Shown: positions 1 to 8,608 of the stretch, in pieces
Layout: the number at the start of each line of letters is the position of its first letter
How positions within the stretch are numbered: the stretch's first letter is position 1
Assembly (NCBI RefSeq): GCF_000020385.1
Contig: NC_010814.1
Coordinates: forward strand, 3,540,001-3,572,000
From: Trichlorobacter lovleyi SZ
Lineage (GTDB): Bacteria; Desulfobacterota; Desulfuromonadia; Geobacterales; Pseudopelobacteraceae
Reading direction: 5' to 3'
Length of the DNA: 32,000 bases
The notes under the pieces: generated by a model
The model's database searches: none
What the model was told of the DNA's origin: nothing
The model's input: the letters and a program-made list of their open reading frames with translations, nothing else
Translations under genes and position numbers: made by a program

Positions 1-1034
1 GGCTTGATGATGATATCCCGTGCGCCGTATTTAAGCGCTTTTAGCACGGCAGTACGGGTCCATCTCTGGGCACACATAATTATCGGTACCGGCTGGTCCT
101 GGCGTAAGGCATTAATCTTGATACAAACCGCCAGTTCACGGTCGTCGGCATCCTGAGAGCCGATCACCACCAGCCGTACATTACCTTGCGAAAAGACCTC
201 CTTGACATCTGCGTTCAGGGTTGATTCTGCCAGTTTGAAACCGGAAAACTTCAGCGATTCCAACAGTTGCGCACGTTCCTCATCGCTGTCTTCAAAGACA
301 GCAATCATATCCTCACCGGTAGTACCGGCAATACCGCCAGCCTTGCGGAGCGGCACCTCCTCACCGGTTTCAGTCGAAATGCCGGATGCGACTACGGCAG
401 GCTCTCCGGCCTGCTCTGCGGCAATTTCTTCGGCAGGAGCAGCCGGGGGGGCTTCAGGCGGCGGATCATACTGATTCCCAAGCTCGACCGGAATCAGCAC
501 ATCCAGATGATGCATTTCCTGGCCTTCCATCTCCAGCCGGGAGCGAAACATCAGATAATCGCCATTAGGCAGGGGATCTTCATCAGTGAGCGGATCAATC
601 TCGGGGACATACTTCTTTGAACCGAGCAGCTTCAGGTGTGCCTTACCGGAAAGGGAGCCCTGGAAGATCGAATTCATGGCTCCATTGATCATATTCCCAA
701 TTTCGCCGAAGGCGTCGATGTCGTCAGGCTCAATGATGGACAGACGCTGTTTTTCCTTAATCCTCGGCGCCGGAATCCCTAACAGCAGACTACTCATCAA
801 AATGGCATCCCGCAGATTGAAGACCAGATGGAACTGACCGGGATACTCTTCCCGCGATTCAACAGCCAGCACGAAAACGCCGTCATCAAGATCGCCAAAG
901 TAGGCGGCCTTGCTAAAGGTCAAAGAATCCGTCAGGGTTGCAGTCAAACCCTGTCCCAACAGCATACCGGCCTCTTCACCGGCCTGCCGTAGAGCGGTCT
1001 CCAGCATTTCGTGCAGCTTTACATAACCATCCAT
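1..1034 (-). CDS. CheC/CheX-like domain protein with a C-terminal receiver-like domain (3' end runs off the left edge; at least 344 aa)
   Basis: Absent from the ORF track because there is no stop codon in the window. My manual minus-strand translation from the ATG at 1034-1032 stays open to position 1. It reads MDGYVKLHEMLETALRQAGEEAGMLLGQ...DAFGEIGNMINGAMNSIF (D-x3-E-x2-N, CheC/CheX-type signature), then a Pro/Ala-rich linker. The rest reads MIAVFEDSDEE...VRLVVIGSQDADD...PIIMCAQ...ARDIIIKP, a receiver-like beta/alpha pattern ending in KP. The + strand ORFs at 202-837 are antisense to it. Confidence 0.7.
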   Translation of the reverse strand, partial: MDGYVKLHEMLETALRQAGEEAGMLLGQGLTATLTDSLTFSKAAYFGDLDDGVFVLAVESREEYPGQFHLVFNLRDAILMSSLLLGIPAPRIKEKQRLSIIEPDDIDAFGEIGNMINGAMNSIFQGSLSGKAHLKLLGSKKYVPEIDPLTDEDPLPNGDYLMFRSRLEMEGQEMHHLDVLIPVELGNQYDPPPEAPPAAPAEEIAAEQAGEPAVVASGISTETGEEVPLRKAGGIAGTTGEDMIAVFEDSDEERAQLLESLKFSGFKLAESTLNADVKEVFSQGNVRLVVIGSQDADDRELAVCIKINALRQDQPVPIIMCAQRWTRTAVLKALKYGARDIIIK

Positions 1035-1066
1035 CAGGGGCTCGCGGGAGATACAGAGTGAGCTGC

Positions 1067-1090
1067 ACGGGGTGCACCTTCGCACCCCGT
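1067..1090 (-). other. Perfect 9-bp stem-loop in the cheX / downstream-gene spacer
   Basis: ACGGGGTGC-ACCTTC-GCACCCCGT. No U-tract follows on the transcribed (minus) strand, so it is not a classical intrinsic terminator. It could be an mRNA processing or stability element. Confidence 0.4.
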
Positions 1091-1108
1091 ACTAGCTAAA
1101 TCGGGGGA

Positions 1109-1627
1109 TTACTCTTCTTTCTTGAGGGTCAGACCAACCAGGAAGCGTTCACTGGCATCAACATTGAACGGAATTACCACACAATCGATGTCCGAAAGCG
1201 AGTTAACCGTGTAATCTTCGCCAGCAATCACCGTCGGAATGGAGAGTTTGACATCAAGCCCACCTTTGGAAAGAATCATTTTGACACTGCCACCCAGCAT
1301 ATTGGCAATCTCACCAATGGCGTCATTCAGGTCTTCTCCCCCCTCTTCAACCTCGCTCTCATCCATCCCCAGCATGGCGCCGGTGATTTTCTTCGCAAGG
1401 TGCATCGGGCAGTGCATGGAGATAACACCGGAATAGGTACCGGCAAAACCCACCATGCCGGTGATGCTGCATTTAAAATGGGTAATCGGCTCCTTGAGCG
1501 GAAAATCGTCGGCCGGCTCCATCATCACCATGGTGGAAAAAACTTCACGCGTGGCGTTGATAATGTACTCGGAAAGCTGCTGCTCCGAGAACTTGAGGCT
1601 ATCAGCAATCTCGGCATTCAGACTCAT
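1109..1627 (-). CDS. cheX: CheX-family CheY-P phosphatase
   Basis: 172-aa ORF. It carries NDAIGEIANMLGGSV (D-x3-E-x2-N) and has CheX-like size and layout. Its start overlaps the cheY stop by 4 nt (ATGA). Confidence 0.85.
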   Translation of the reverse strand: MSLNAEIADSLKFSEQQLSEYIINATREVFSTMVMMEPADDFPLKEPITHFKCSITGMVGFAGTYSGVISMHCPMHLAKKITGAMLGMDESEVEEGGEDLNDAIGEIANMLGGSVKMILSKGGLDVKLSIPTVIAGEDYTVNSLSDIDCVVIPFNVDASERFLVGLTLKKEE

Positions 1628-1992
1628 AGGAGTCCCCCAAGTTTTTCATTCAGCTGCTCAGGCGTAAAGGGTTTTTTGATGCTGTCCTTGGCACCGCTGG
1701 CAATGGCGTCGGCAATCACATCCTCGCCACCTTCAGTGGTTATCATGACGATCGGCATCGAGAACCCGTTGGCACGCACGGCCTTGACAAACTCGAGCCC
1801 ATCCATGTTGGGCATATTGATATCAGAAAGGATCAGGTCGACGGTTTTACCCGAAGTCTGCAGAACGTTCAGCCCTTCAATGCCGTCACCCCCCTCAAGA
1901 ATGTCGTCAACCGGCAGTCCTGCCTGACGTAGTGAGCGGGAAATTATCTTTCTCATAGTGGATGAATCGTCAACGATCAGGATGTTTGCCAT
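1624..1992 (-). CDS. cheY: Single-domain response regulator CheY
   Basis: 122 aa. MANILIVDDSSTMR (acidic pocket DD), LILSDINMPNMDG (phospho-acceptor Asp) and KKPF (conserved Lys). SD GGGAGGAA lies upstream. Confidence 0.9.
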   Translation of the reverse strand: MANILIVDDSSTMRKIISRSLRQAGLPVDDILEGGDGIEGLNVLQTSGKTVDLILSDINMPNMDGLEFVKAVRANGFSMPIVMITTEGGEDVIADAIASGAKDSIKKPFTPEQLNEKLGGLL

Positions 1993-2084
1993 ATACCTGT
2001 TCCTCCCTGTGCCCCCTGGGCCTTAATTGATTCGTATCATGCAATAGCAATGCTGCTATTTTTAACACAGCTTACACCCAAAAT

Positions 2085-3686
2085 TCAAACCCTGAATTTT
2101 CCCATCAGCCGCTGAAGCTCTTCAGCCAGACGGGACAGTTCCTCTGCAGAACGTGAGGAATCCTGTGCCTTGTCAGTGCTTTCCTGCACCACATCGGTAA
2201 TCTGGCGGATACTCTGACTGATGGAGTTGGTGGTGGCACTCTGTTCTTCAGCCGCTGTGGCAATCTGGCTCATCTGTTGGGTAACATTCTGTATTTCATT
2301 GGTTATAACCCCAAGTGCCTCACCGGATCGGCTGGCCTCCCGAGTACCGTTTTCAACCTCAGCCACGCCGTTTTCGATGGCCCGCACCGCGCCACCGGTC
2401 TCCTGCTGAATCATGCGGATCATATCACCAATTTCCTTGGTGGCCTTGGTGGTCCGCTCCGAAAGCGCCCGTACTTCATCGGCAACCACGGCAAATCCCC
2501 GTCCCTGTTCACCGGCACGGGCTGCTTCAATGGCAGCATTCAAAGCCAGCATATTGGTCTGATCTGCAATATCTTCAATGGTACCGACGATGGTACCGAT
2601 CTGGTTTGATTTTGCCCCCAGCTCTTCCACGTTGGCAGCAGCTTCACCAACCCGCTCTGCAATCCGCTGCATACCGGCAATGGTCTCCTGAATCACCCGC
2701 GCCCCGGTCTCGGTAGCCTGGTCCGCCTCAGCAGCACTTGCTGCAGAGCGGGTGCATGAGCTGGCGATCTCAAACGCAGTGGCAGACATCTCTTCTGCTG
2801 CTACCGCCACAGAAGCCGCCTGTCCGGCCATTTCTTCCGAACTTGCCACCATGGCCGAAGAATTACGCCGTACACTTTCGGCAACAGCCGTAACCTGACG
2901 GGCATTTGCTGCCACCTGCCCGATTATGACAGCCAGGTTCTCAACAAAGGTATTGAACCAGCCAGCCGTTTCACCGATCTCATCCCTGCTTGAAACCTCT
3001 ATCCGCTTGGTCAGATCACCTTCTCCGGTGGCAATATCCTTCAACCGCTCAGTCATGCTTGAAATTGATCTAAGTACCGGCAGCACGATAAAGAGCAACA
3101 ACACGACCTGTCCAATGGCCGATCCGACCAGAACAACCAGCATGATGGTCTTACCCTTGGCAATGGTGCTATCAAGTTCAGCACTGGCCTTCTTGTGCAG
3201 TGCTGCGGCAATTTTAGGGATGTAGTCTTCCAGCTGGGGCTGAAACTCATTGATGACATCACGCAGCTCTTCACGCCCTTCAATAACATCACCGCCGCCC
3301 TTAAAGGTCGCCACCAATCCCTTGAACTGCTCCACATAGGCCTTGCCAAGCTGCTGGGCCTTGGCGCTGTGCTCCTTGATCTTCTTGTCGACATTAACCT
3401 TGTCAAGCTGCTCAAGCACCTTGTAGACCTCACCCACCTCCTTCTCAACCCGGGCGGTCCACTTGTCGTCTTTACGGGTAAAAAACTCACCTTCATATTC
3501 GCGGGCCTTCAGCATATGAATCGAGCCCTGCATGGCAGCATGCTGAATCTTGGTGATCCGGTCCATCTGGTCCAGAGATGAGTTAATCTTGTAAAAGGTA
3601 AACAGCATCAACCCGGTGACCAACACCGCCACCCCAAGGAGAAAGGCAATTAATGCTGTCATCTTCTGTTTAATCGTAAAATTCAT
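2085..3686 (-). CDS. Methyl-accepting chemotaxis protein (two TM segments, periplasmic sensor, HAMP, MA signalling domain)
   Basis: 533 aa. There is an N-terminal TM helix and a second TM ([25 protein letters not shown]). A HAMP-like segment follows, then the highly conserved hairpin [48 protein letters not shown] lies upstream. Confidence 0.9.
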   Translation of the reverse strand: MNFTIKQKMTALIAFLLGVAVLVTGLMLFTFYKINSSLDQMDRITKIQHAAMQGSIHMLKAREYEGEFFTRKDDKWTARVEKEVGEVYKVLEQLDKVNVDKKIKEHSAKAQQLGKAYVEQFKGLVATFKGGGDVIEGREELRDVINEFQPQLEDYIPKIAAALHKKASAELDSTIAKGKTIMLVVLVGSAIGQVVLLLFIVLPVLRSISSMTERLKDIATGEGDLTKRIEVSSRDEIGETAGWFNTFVENLAVIIGQVAANARQVTAVAESVRRNSSAMVASSEEMAGQAASVAVAAEEMSATAFEIASSCTRSAASAAEADQATETGARVIQETIAGMQRIAERVGEAAANVEELGAKSNQIGTIVGTIEDIADQTNMLALNAAIEAARAGEQGRGFAVVADEVRALSERTTKATKEIGDMIRMIQQETGGAVRAIENGVAEVENGTREASRSGEALGVITNEIQNVTQQMSQIATAAEEQSATTNSISQSIRQITDVVQESTDKAQDSSRSAEELSRLAEELQRLMGKFRV

Positions 3687-3788
3687 GACAAGGCAGCTCC
3701 TTTACGCTAAATGCTTATTTATCAACCAAAGGTAGTAGCATAAAAAGAGGTGATGTCAATCGCTAAAAGCACGCTGGAAGGGGATTGC

Positions 3789-4739
3789 ATGAAACAATCG
3801 CATCGTATAGCTCTGGGAGTCAGCAGTTGCCTGTTAGGCCAAAATGTTCGCTATGATGGCGGCCACAAACTGAACCACTACATCGCCGACCTGCTTTCAA
3901 TCTATTTTGACTTTGTTCCGGTCTGCCCGGAGGTTGAATGCGGCCTGCCAACCCCTCGCGAGGCGATGCATCTGACAGGCGACCCTGCAGCGCCCCGCCT
4001 GATCGCGGTCAGGACCGGACGTGATCTGACCGCACAGATGCACAGCTGGTCTGCGCAACGGATACAAGAACTGAAACCACTCCGGTTGCGCGGCTTTATC
4101 TTTAAAAAGAACTCTCCCAGTTCCGGACTGTTCCGGGTCAAGGTCTATCAGGACAAAGGCCCTCCACTCACCAGCGGCAGAGGATTATTCGCCCATGCCG
4201 TTACGCGTGCCTTTCCACTTCTACCGGTGGAAGAAGAGGGACGCCTTACCGATACCCGGCTGCGGGAGAATTTCATTGAACGGGTCTATGGATACGACCG
4301 CCTGTTAACCTTGCTTGACAGTAATCCGGCCAAAGCTGATCTGATCCAGTTCCACACGCTGCACAAGCTGCTGCTGATGGCCCATTCCCCTGATCACTAC
4401 CGGCGTCTGGGAAAACTGGTGGCCAGCACGTCCCCCGTTCATGCACTGCTGCCATCCTATGCGTCGCTGTTCATGGAGGCACTGCAACTGCTGGCGACGC
4501 CTGCCAAACAGACCAATGTCCTGATGCACTGCATGGGCTATTTCAAGAAACAGCTGGAAGCGTGGGAAAAGCAGGAGTTGCTGGAGTTGATTGAGCGTTA
4601 CCGCATGCAGCAGCTACCGCTGATTGTGCCGATCACGCTGCTTAAGCACCACATGCAACGTTTCGGCCAGCCGTATCTGGAGCAACAACTCTATTTTTCG
4701 CCCCATCCGGACGAGTTGATGCTCCGGAACCACGCCTAG
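3789..4739 (+). CDS. DUF523 (TudS-like, Cys-cluster) + DUF1722 (YbgA-like) fusion protein
   Basis: The N-terminus GVSSCLLGQNVRYDGGHK...VPVCPEVECGLPTPRE matches the DUF523 Cys pattern. The C-terminal half is helical and YbgA-like. I moved the start from the track's 3750 to the ATG at 3789, which has GGAAGGGG upstream. Confidence 0.75.
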   Translation: MKQSHRIALGVSSCLLGQNVRYDGGHKLNHYIADLLSIYFDFVPVCPEVECGLPTPREAMHLTGDPAAPRLIAVRTGRDLTAQMHSWSAQRIQELKPLRLRGFIFKKNSPSSGLFRVKVYQDKGPPLTSGRGLFAHAVTRAFPLLPVEEEGRLTDTRLRENFIERVYGYDRLLTLLDSNPAKADLIQFHTLHKLLLMAHSPDHYRRLGKLVASTSPVHALLPSYASLFMEALQLLATPAKQTNVLMHCMGYFKKQLEAWEKQELLELIERYRMQQLPLIVPITLLKHHMQRFGQPYLEQQLYFSPHPDELMLRNHA

Positions 4740-4767
4740 CCATTATGGCCAGGACCGTTCAAACCGG

Positions 4768-4795
4768 TTGCACACAGCCCCCTCTCTGGTATACT
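4768..4795 (+). promoter_or_regulatory. Sigma-70-like promoter for the cheY-cheC-DGC-cheA operon
   Basis: TTGCAC (4768-4773), 16-nt spacer, TATACT (4790-4795). It sits about 50 nt upstream of the ATG at 4846, which has an AAGGAG SD. Confidence 0.35.
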
Positions 4796-4845
4796 CACAC
4801 GCCAGACGGACAGGGCGGCTCGGGCTGCCCCAAAGGAGATAATCT

Positions 4846-5220
4846 ATGGCCAGGATTATGATTATTGATGACTCGCTTGTCGCCCGGATGAGTCTCAAGG
4901 CATGCATCCCTAAAGACGCGGGCCACGAGCTTACAGAAGGAAACGACGGCAGTGTCGCGATTGAGCTGTACCAGTCGTTCAAGCCGGATGTCACCTTCAT
5001 GGACCTTACCATGCCGGGGGTGGATGGAATCGTCGCCCTGGAGGCGATTCGCAGACTGGACCCGTCTGCCCGGGTGATCATCCTTACCGCTGATATCCAG
5101 CGCCGCACGATTGAACGGGTCACTGAGCTGGGGGCCTGTGCCGTCGTCAAAAAACCGCCGGCCAAAGAGGCCGTACTTGCAGAATTGGACAAGGTCCTGG
5201 CTGACGGTACAAAGCCATGA
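4846..5220 (+). CDS. cheY: CheY-like single-domain response regulator
   Basis: 124 aa. IMIIDDS, VTFMDLTMPGVDG, ILTAD and VVKKP are all present, so every canonical receiver residue is there. Confidence 0.9.
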   Translation: MARIMIIDDSLVARMSLKACIPKDAGHELTEGNDGSVAIELYQSFKPDVTFMDLTMPGVDGIVALEAIRRLDPSARVIILTADIQRRTIERVTELGACAVVKKPPAKEAVLAELDKVLADGTKP

Positions 5221-5858
5221 CCAACTCCACACGTGAACTGACCGAACTTGAAAAAGATGCACTGCAGGAGATCATGAACATCGGTTTTGGCCGGGCTGCT
5301 GCCGATCTGGCCGAGATCATCAACCTGCATGTAATCCTGTCTGTACCGCACATCGCTGTCCTGCAGTCGGACGAAGTGATCCGCTACGTACAGGAAGAGA
5401 TACCCGACACCACCGACATGAGCATGATCACCCAGTTTTTCAGTGGCAAGTTCAGTGGTGGCAGTTTCCTGGTTTTTCCCCACGGAGAAGGCCGTAAGCT
5501 TCTGAGAATTTTCGATGGGGAAATGTCTTTACTTGGTGAAAATTACGATATAGATATCCTTGAAAAGGAAACTCTGGTTGAGGTAGGAAACATCATTATC
5601 GGCGCCTGTGTCGGCAAGATTGCAGAGATGCTCGGAGATGTCGTCACCTACGCCCCCCCCCGCTTCTTTTCTCAGGAACAGATTTACGGCACCCTGGGAA
5701 ATGTTCTGAACACATCCGACTCTTTTGCGATTCTATTCAAGACCGTCTTTAATTTTGAGCAGTACAATGTCAGTGGCTACCTGTTTCTGGTCAGCCAATA
5801 CAGCATCATGCCATGGCTGAAACAGGCCATTGCAGAATTCCTGGGTCCTTATGAGTGA
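5217..5858 (+). CDS. cheC: CheC-type CheY-P phosphatase (two pseudo-repeats)
   Basis: 213 aa. Site 1 is D-ALQ-E-IM-N-x22-P (DALQEIMNIGFGRAAADLAEIINLHVILSVP). Site 2 is E-TLV-E-VG-N-x21/22-PP. The start overlaps the cheY stop by 4 nt. Confidence 0.8.
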   Translation: MTNSTRELTELEKDALQEIMNIGFGRAAADLAEIINLHVILSVPHIAVLQSDEVIRYVQEEIPDTTDMSMITQFFSGKFSGGSFLVFPHGEGRKLLRIFDGEMSLLGENYDIDILEKETLVEVGNIIIGACVGKIAEMLGDVVTYAPPRFFSQEQIYGTLGNVLNTSDSFAILFKTVFNFEQYNVSGYLFLVSQYSIMPWLKQAIAEFLGPYE

Positions 5859-6774
5859 GTACCACCAGATATTCAACACCATCAATCTCGGGTTGGTGGT
5901 ACTTGATCGCGAACTTACCGTTACCTGCTGGAACCGCTGGATGGAGTTGCACAGCGACATCCCGGCCGAGAGGATTATCGGCCGGAAAATCTGTGATGTC
6001 TTCCCTGCACTCTGCGAAAACAGCTTTATCCGGATTGTAAAAAGCGTCTTTGCCTTCGGCAACTACGCCTCATACTCGCAGAAGCTGCATAAATATCTCT
6101 TTCCCATGAAAAACCCCCATGGTTCATCTGCGTTATTCCCCCAGATGCAGCAAAACTGCACCTTTGGACCATTGCGGAATGACAACAAAGAGATTTCAGC
6201 CATCTACATCACGGTTCAGGATGTAACCGATTTTGTTATCTATGAACACAAACTGATTCAGATGGCCAAGGTCGACGGCTTGACCGGCGTCTTCAACCGC
6301 CGTTATCTTGACACCCGGCTTCAGGAGGAGCTGGAGCGTTCCCGGCGGCACGGCAATCCCTTAAGCATCATGATGCTTGATATTGACCACTTTAAAGAGA
6401 TCAACGACACCCATGGGCATATCTGCGGTGACTACACCCTGCGCAAAATTTCTGAACTGCTGCTGGAACTTGTACGGACCTCAGACATTCTCGGGCGTTA
6501 CGGCGGCGAGGAGTTTTGCTGCATCCTGCCGGAGACCTCGTTCGAGCAGGCCCTTGTGCTTGCCGAACGCTGTCGTACACAAGTTGCAGCCAGCCAATTT
6601 TCCTGTACCGATCACCAAAGCAGAGTGACCGTCAGCATCGGGGTGACCGACCTGCACCGTGACGACACCCTGGACAGTATTATCAAACGGGCAGACGACG
6701 CCCTCTATCAAGCGAAACGGACTGGCCGCAACCGGGTCTGCAGCTCTCCCGTACCAGTTGAAAATGCCACATGA
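5851..6774 (+). CDS. PAS-GGDEF diguanylate cyclase (no receiver domain)
   Basis: N-terminal PAS (LGLVVLDRELTVTCWNRWMELHSDIPAERIIGRKICDVFP). The GGDEF domain has an intact GGEEF and an RxxD I-site exactly 5 residues upstream (RTSD-ILGRY-GGEEF). Start set at the ATG at 5851 (MSEYHQ), overlapping the cheC stop by 8 nt; the track start at 5830 is also possible. Confidence 0.85.
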   Translation: MSEYHQIFNTINLGLVVLDRELTVTCWNRWMELHSDIPAERIIGRKICDVFPALCENSFIRIVKSVFAFGNYASYSQKLHKYLFPMKNPHGSSALFPQMQQNCTFGPLRNDNKEISAIYITVQDVTDFVIYEHKLIQMAKVDGLTGVFNRRYLDTRLQEELERSRRHGNPLSIMMLDIDHFKEINDTHGHICGDYTLRKISELLLELVRTSDILGRYGGEEFCCILPETSFEQALVLAERCRTQVAASQFSCTDHQSRVTVSIGVTDLHRDDTLDSIIKRADDALYQAKRTGRNRVCSSPVPVENAT

Positions 6775-8381
6775 TCGATGAATTAGCCGAGATACGGGAG
6801 GCCTTTGCCCTCGAATCGGTCGAGATGCTGGCTGAAATGGAATCGGCACTTCTGGCCCTTGAAACAGTTCCAGCGCTGGGAGACGACTTCAACCGCCTCT
6901 TCAGGGCAGTTCACACCATCAAGGGCTCTGCAAGTATTGTCTCCGCCGATCAGGTAGAGGCTTTCTGCCACGCCCTTGAACATCTGCTGGTGAAGGTCCG
7001 GGAACATGAACTGCCGCTGACAAAAGAGCTGTTCACACTCTGTCTGCAGTGTCACGACCATATCAGAAACCTGATCGTTGCCTTTGAATCGGCAGAGACA
7101 GAACTCCCCCCCCGCCATGATCAACTCCTGACCATGATTACCCGGTGGCAGCCACCTGACGTTATTGAAGCGGCAGTTCCAGCAGAACCGGATCTGTTGC
7201 AAACTGACGAGGTGAACACCGAAGAATCTGCTGCTTCTCAAAAAGTTGTCCGGGTTGACGCTCAAAAGCTGGACCAACTGATCAATCTGGTGGTTGAACT
7301 GGTTACCGCCTCTTCAGAACTGGAATCACACGTCAAGCAGACAGGCGACAATGCGTCCCTTGAATCAGCTGCTGCGGTCTCGCTGCTGGTTAAGAAGATT
7401 CAGGAACGGGCCATGGTGTTCCGCATGGTACCGGTGGGTGACCTCTTCCGGCGTTTTCAACGCCTGGTGCATGACCTGGCCGCTTCAAGCGGCAAAAAAA
7501 TCCAACTGATCATTGCCGGGGCCGACACCGAGCTGGACAAGGTTATGGCGGAGCGGCTGCGAGAGCCGCTGGTTCACCTGATCAGAAATGCCATAGACCA
7601 CGGCATTGAACCCCCTGCAGAACGGCAGGCAGCCGGTAAGCCGGCCACCGGCACCATCAGGATGAACGCCTTTCAGGAAGCCGGCAGTATTGTGATTGAG
7701 GTGCGGGATGATGGACGGGGCATCTGCCGGGAGCGGGTGCTGCAGCGTGCAGTTGAACGAGGGTTAATCCGGCCGTTGGAGGTGGTTGACCGTGATCCAT
7801 TGGCGCTGATCTTTGAACCTGGTTTTTCCACCACGGAAGAAGCCACTCTGCTTTCCGGACGCGGGGTGGGCATGGATGTGGTCAAACGGACCATTGAAGA
7901 GCTACGCGGCAAGATCGATGTCACCAGCAGCGAGGGACAGGGGGCCTGTTTTCAGCTCAGGTTGCCACTCTCACTGGCCCTGATTGACGGTTTTATGGTT
8001 ACAGTCGGAAATGACGCCTACATCCTTCCCATGGATCTGGTGGATGAGACCATTGATCTGCCGGCAGAGGCCGCTGCCGGGCTGCTGCTGCGCGGTTATC
8101 TGAATATTCGCGGCGAGGCATTGCCCTGCCTTGATCTGCGCGACATAGTCAAGCCTGCGGTCCCGGCACCGCTTTCACGCTTTATTGTAGTGGTCAAACA
8201 GGACGGACGACGGATCGGTCTGGCAGTCGACGTTCTGGTGGGCGAGGTCAAAGCGGTCATCAAACCGCTGGGACGGCTCTACCGGGATGCCCGCATCATC
8301 TCCGGAGCCACCATTCTGGGAGACGGTACCATCGCCCTGATTCTGGATCTGCCGGAGTTGTTACGAATACACGGCAGCTAA
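6771..8381 (+). CDS. cheA: CheA-type histidine kinase (Hpt-P3-HATPase-CheW-like; no obvious P2)
   Basis: 536 aa. Hpt motif FRAVHTIKGSASIV, N-box HLIRNAIDHGIE, G-boxes RDDGRGI / GRGVGMDVV, and a C-terminal CheW-like domain (ALIDGFMV...GATILGDGTIALILD). ATGA overlap with the DGC stop. Confidence 0.9.
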   Translation: MIDELAEIREAFALESVEMLAEMESALLALETVPALGDDFNRLFRAVHTIKGSASIVSADQVEAFCHALEHLLVKVREHELPLTKELFTLCLQCHDHIRNLIVAFESAETELPPRHDQLLTMITRWQPPDVIEAAVPAEPDLLQTDEVNTEESAASQKVVRVDAQKLDQLINLVVELVTASSELESHVKQTGDNASLESAAAVSLLVKKIQERAMVFRMVPVGDLFRRFQRLVHDLAASSGKKIQLIIAGADTELDKVMAERLREPLVHLIRNAIDHGIEPPAERQAAGKPATGTIRMNAFQEAGSIVIEVRDDGRGICRERVLQRAVERGLIRPLEVVDRDPLALIFEPGFSTTEEATLLSGRGVGMDVVKRTIEELRGKIDVTSSEGQGACFQLRLPLSLALIDGFMVTVGNDAYILPMDLVDETIDLPAEAAAGLLLRGYLNIRGEALPCLDLRDIVKPAVPAPLSRFIVVVKQDGRRIGLAVDVLVGEVKAVIKPLGRLYRDARIISGATILGDGTIALILDLPELLRIHGS

Positions 8382-8395
8382 ACAGAACTGACAGG

Positions 8396-8423
8396 CAATA
8401 GATCCAGCATTTGACATCTATTG
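8396..8423. terminator. Weak AT-rich hairpin between the convergent cheA and small ORF
   Basis: CAATAGAT (8396-8403), 12-nt loop, ATCTATTG (8416-8423), followed by TTT. The large loop and AT-rich stem make this weak support. Confidence 0.3.
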
Positions 8424-8433
8424 TTTCGCCGTA

Positions 8434-8604
8434 CTAAAGCTCTTTACGGTAGCGGATCAGCAGATACAACGATCCTGCCCCTGCAACCAGACAGCCGGTC
8501 TCCAGCAGCCAGTTCATCGGCTTATCCACCCCCAGGGTCATCATCGGATAGATCATCACCGAGATCAGGCAGTTAACTGCAATCAACGTCAGTAGCCATT
8601 TCAT
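8434..8604 (-). CDS. Small (56 aa) putative two-helix membrane protein
   Basis: Below the ORF-track size cutoff. My translation is MKWLLTLIAVNCLISVMIYPMMTLGVDKPMNWLLETGCLVAGAGSLYLLIRYRKEL, with two hydrophobic stretches. The ATG lies 4 nt after the phosphoglucomutase stop. The SD is weak. Confidence 0.4.
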   Translation of the reverse strand: MKWLLTLIAVNCLISVMIYPMMTLGVDKPMNWLLETGCLVAGAGSLYLLIRYRKEL

Positions 8605-8608
8605 CCCG

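Noticed and set aside
202-837. Four + strand ORFs (202-474, 267-620, 386-568, 586-837) at the left edge
   Set aside because: They overlap each other and are antisense to a continuous minus-strand frame (1-1034) with clear CheC/CheX and receiver motifs. Their translations are low-complexity (Ser/Ala/Pro/Gly/Arg-rich).
3687-3760. Sigma-28-like box GTTGATAA upstream of the MCP gene
   Set aside because: It matches only 6 of 8 positions of GCCGATAA and no TAAA -35 lies at the proper distance, so it is too weak to report as a feature.
3750-3788. N-terminal extensions proposed by the ORF track (3750, 5830, 15220, 17110, 21652)
   Set aside because: In each case an internal ATG with a good Shine-Dalgarno gives a product that starts at the conserved domain. 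The 17110 start would lie inside the T-box/terminator RNA.
4743-5483. 246-aa and 155-aa minus-strand ORFs across the cheY/cheC region
   Set aside because: They overlap two well-supported + strand che genes, and the translations are Ser/Arg-rich with no recognisable motifs.
8411-8437. TTGACA...TACTAA promoter-like sequence on the + strand after cheA
   Set aside because: The spacer is only 15 nt, and there is nothing downstream on that strand except antisense of the small ORF and pgm.
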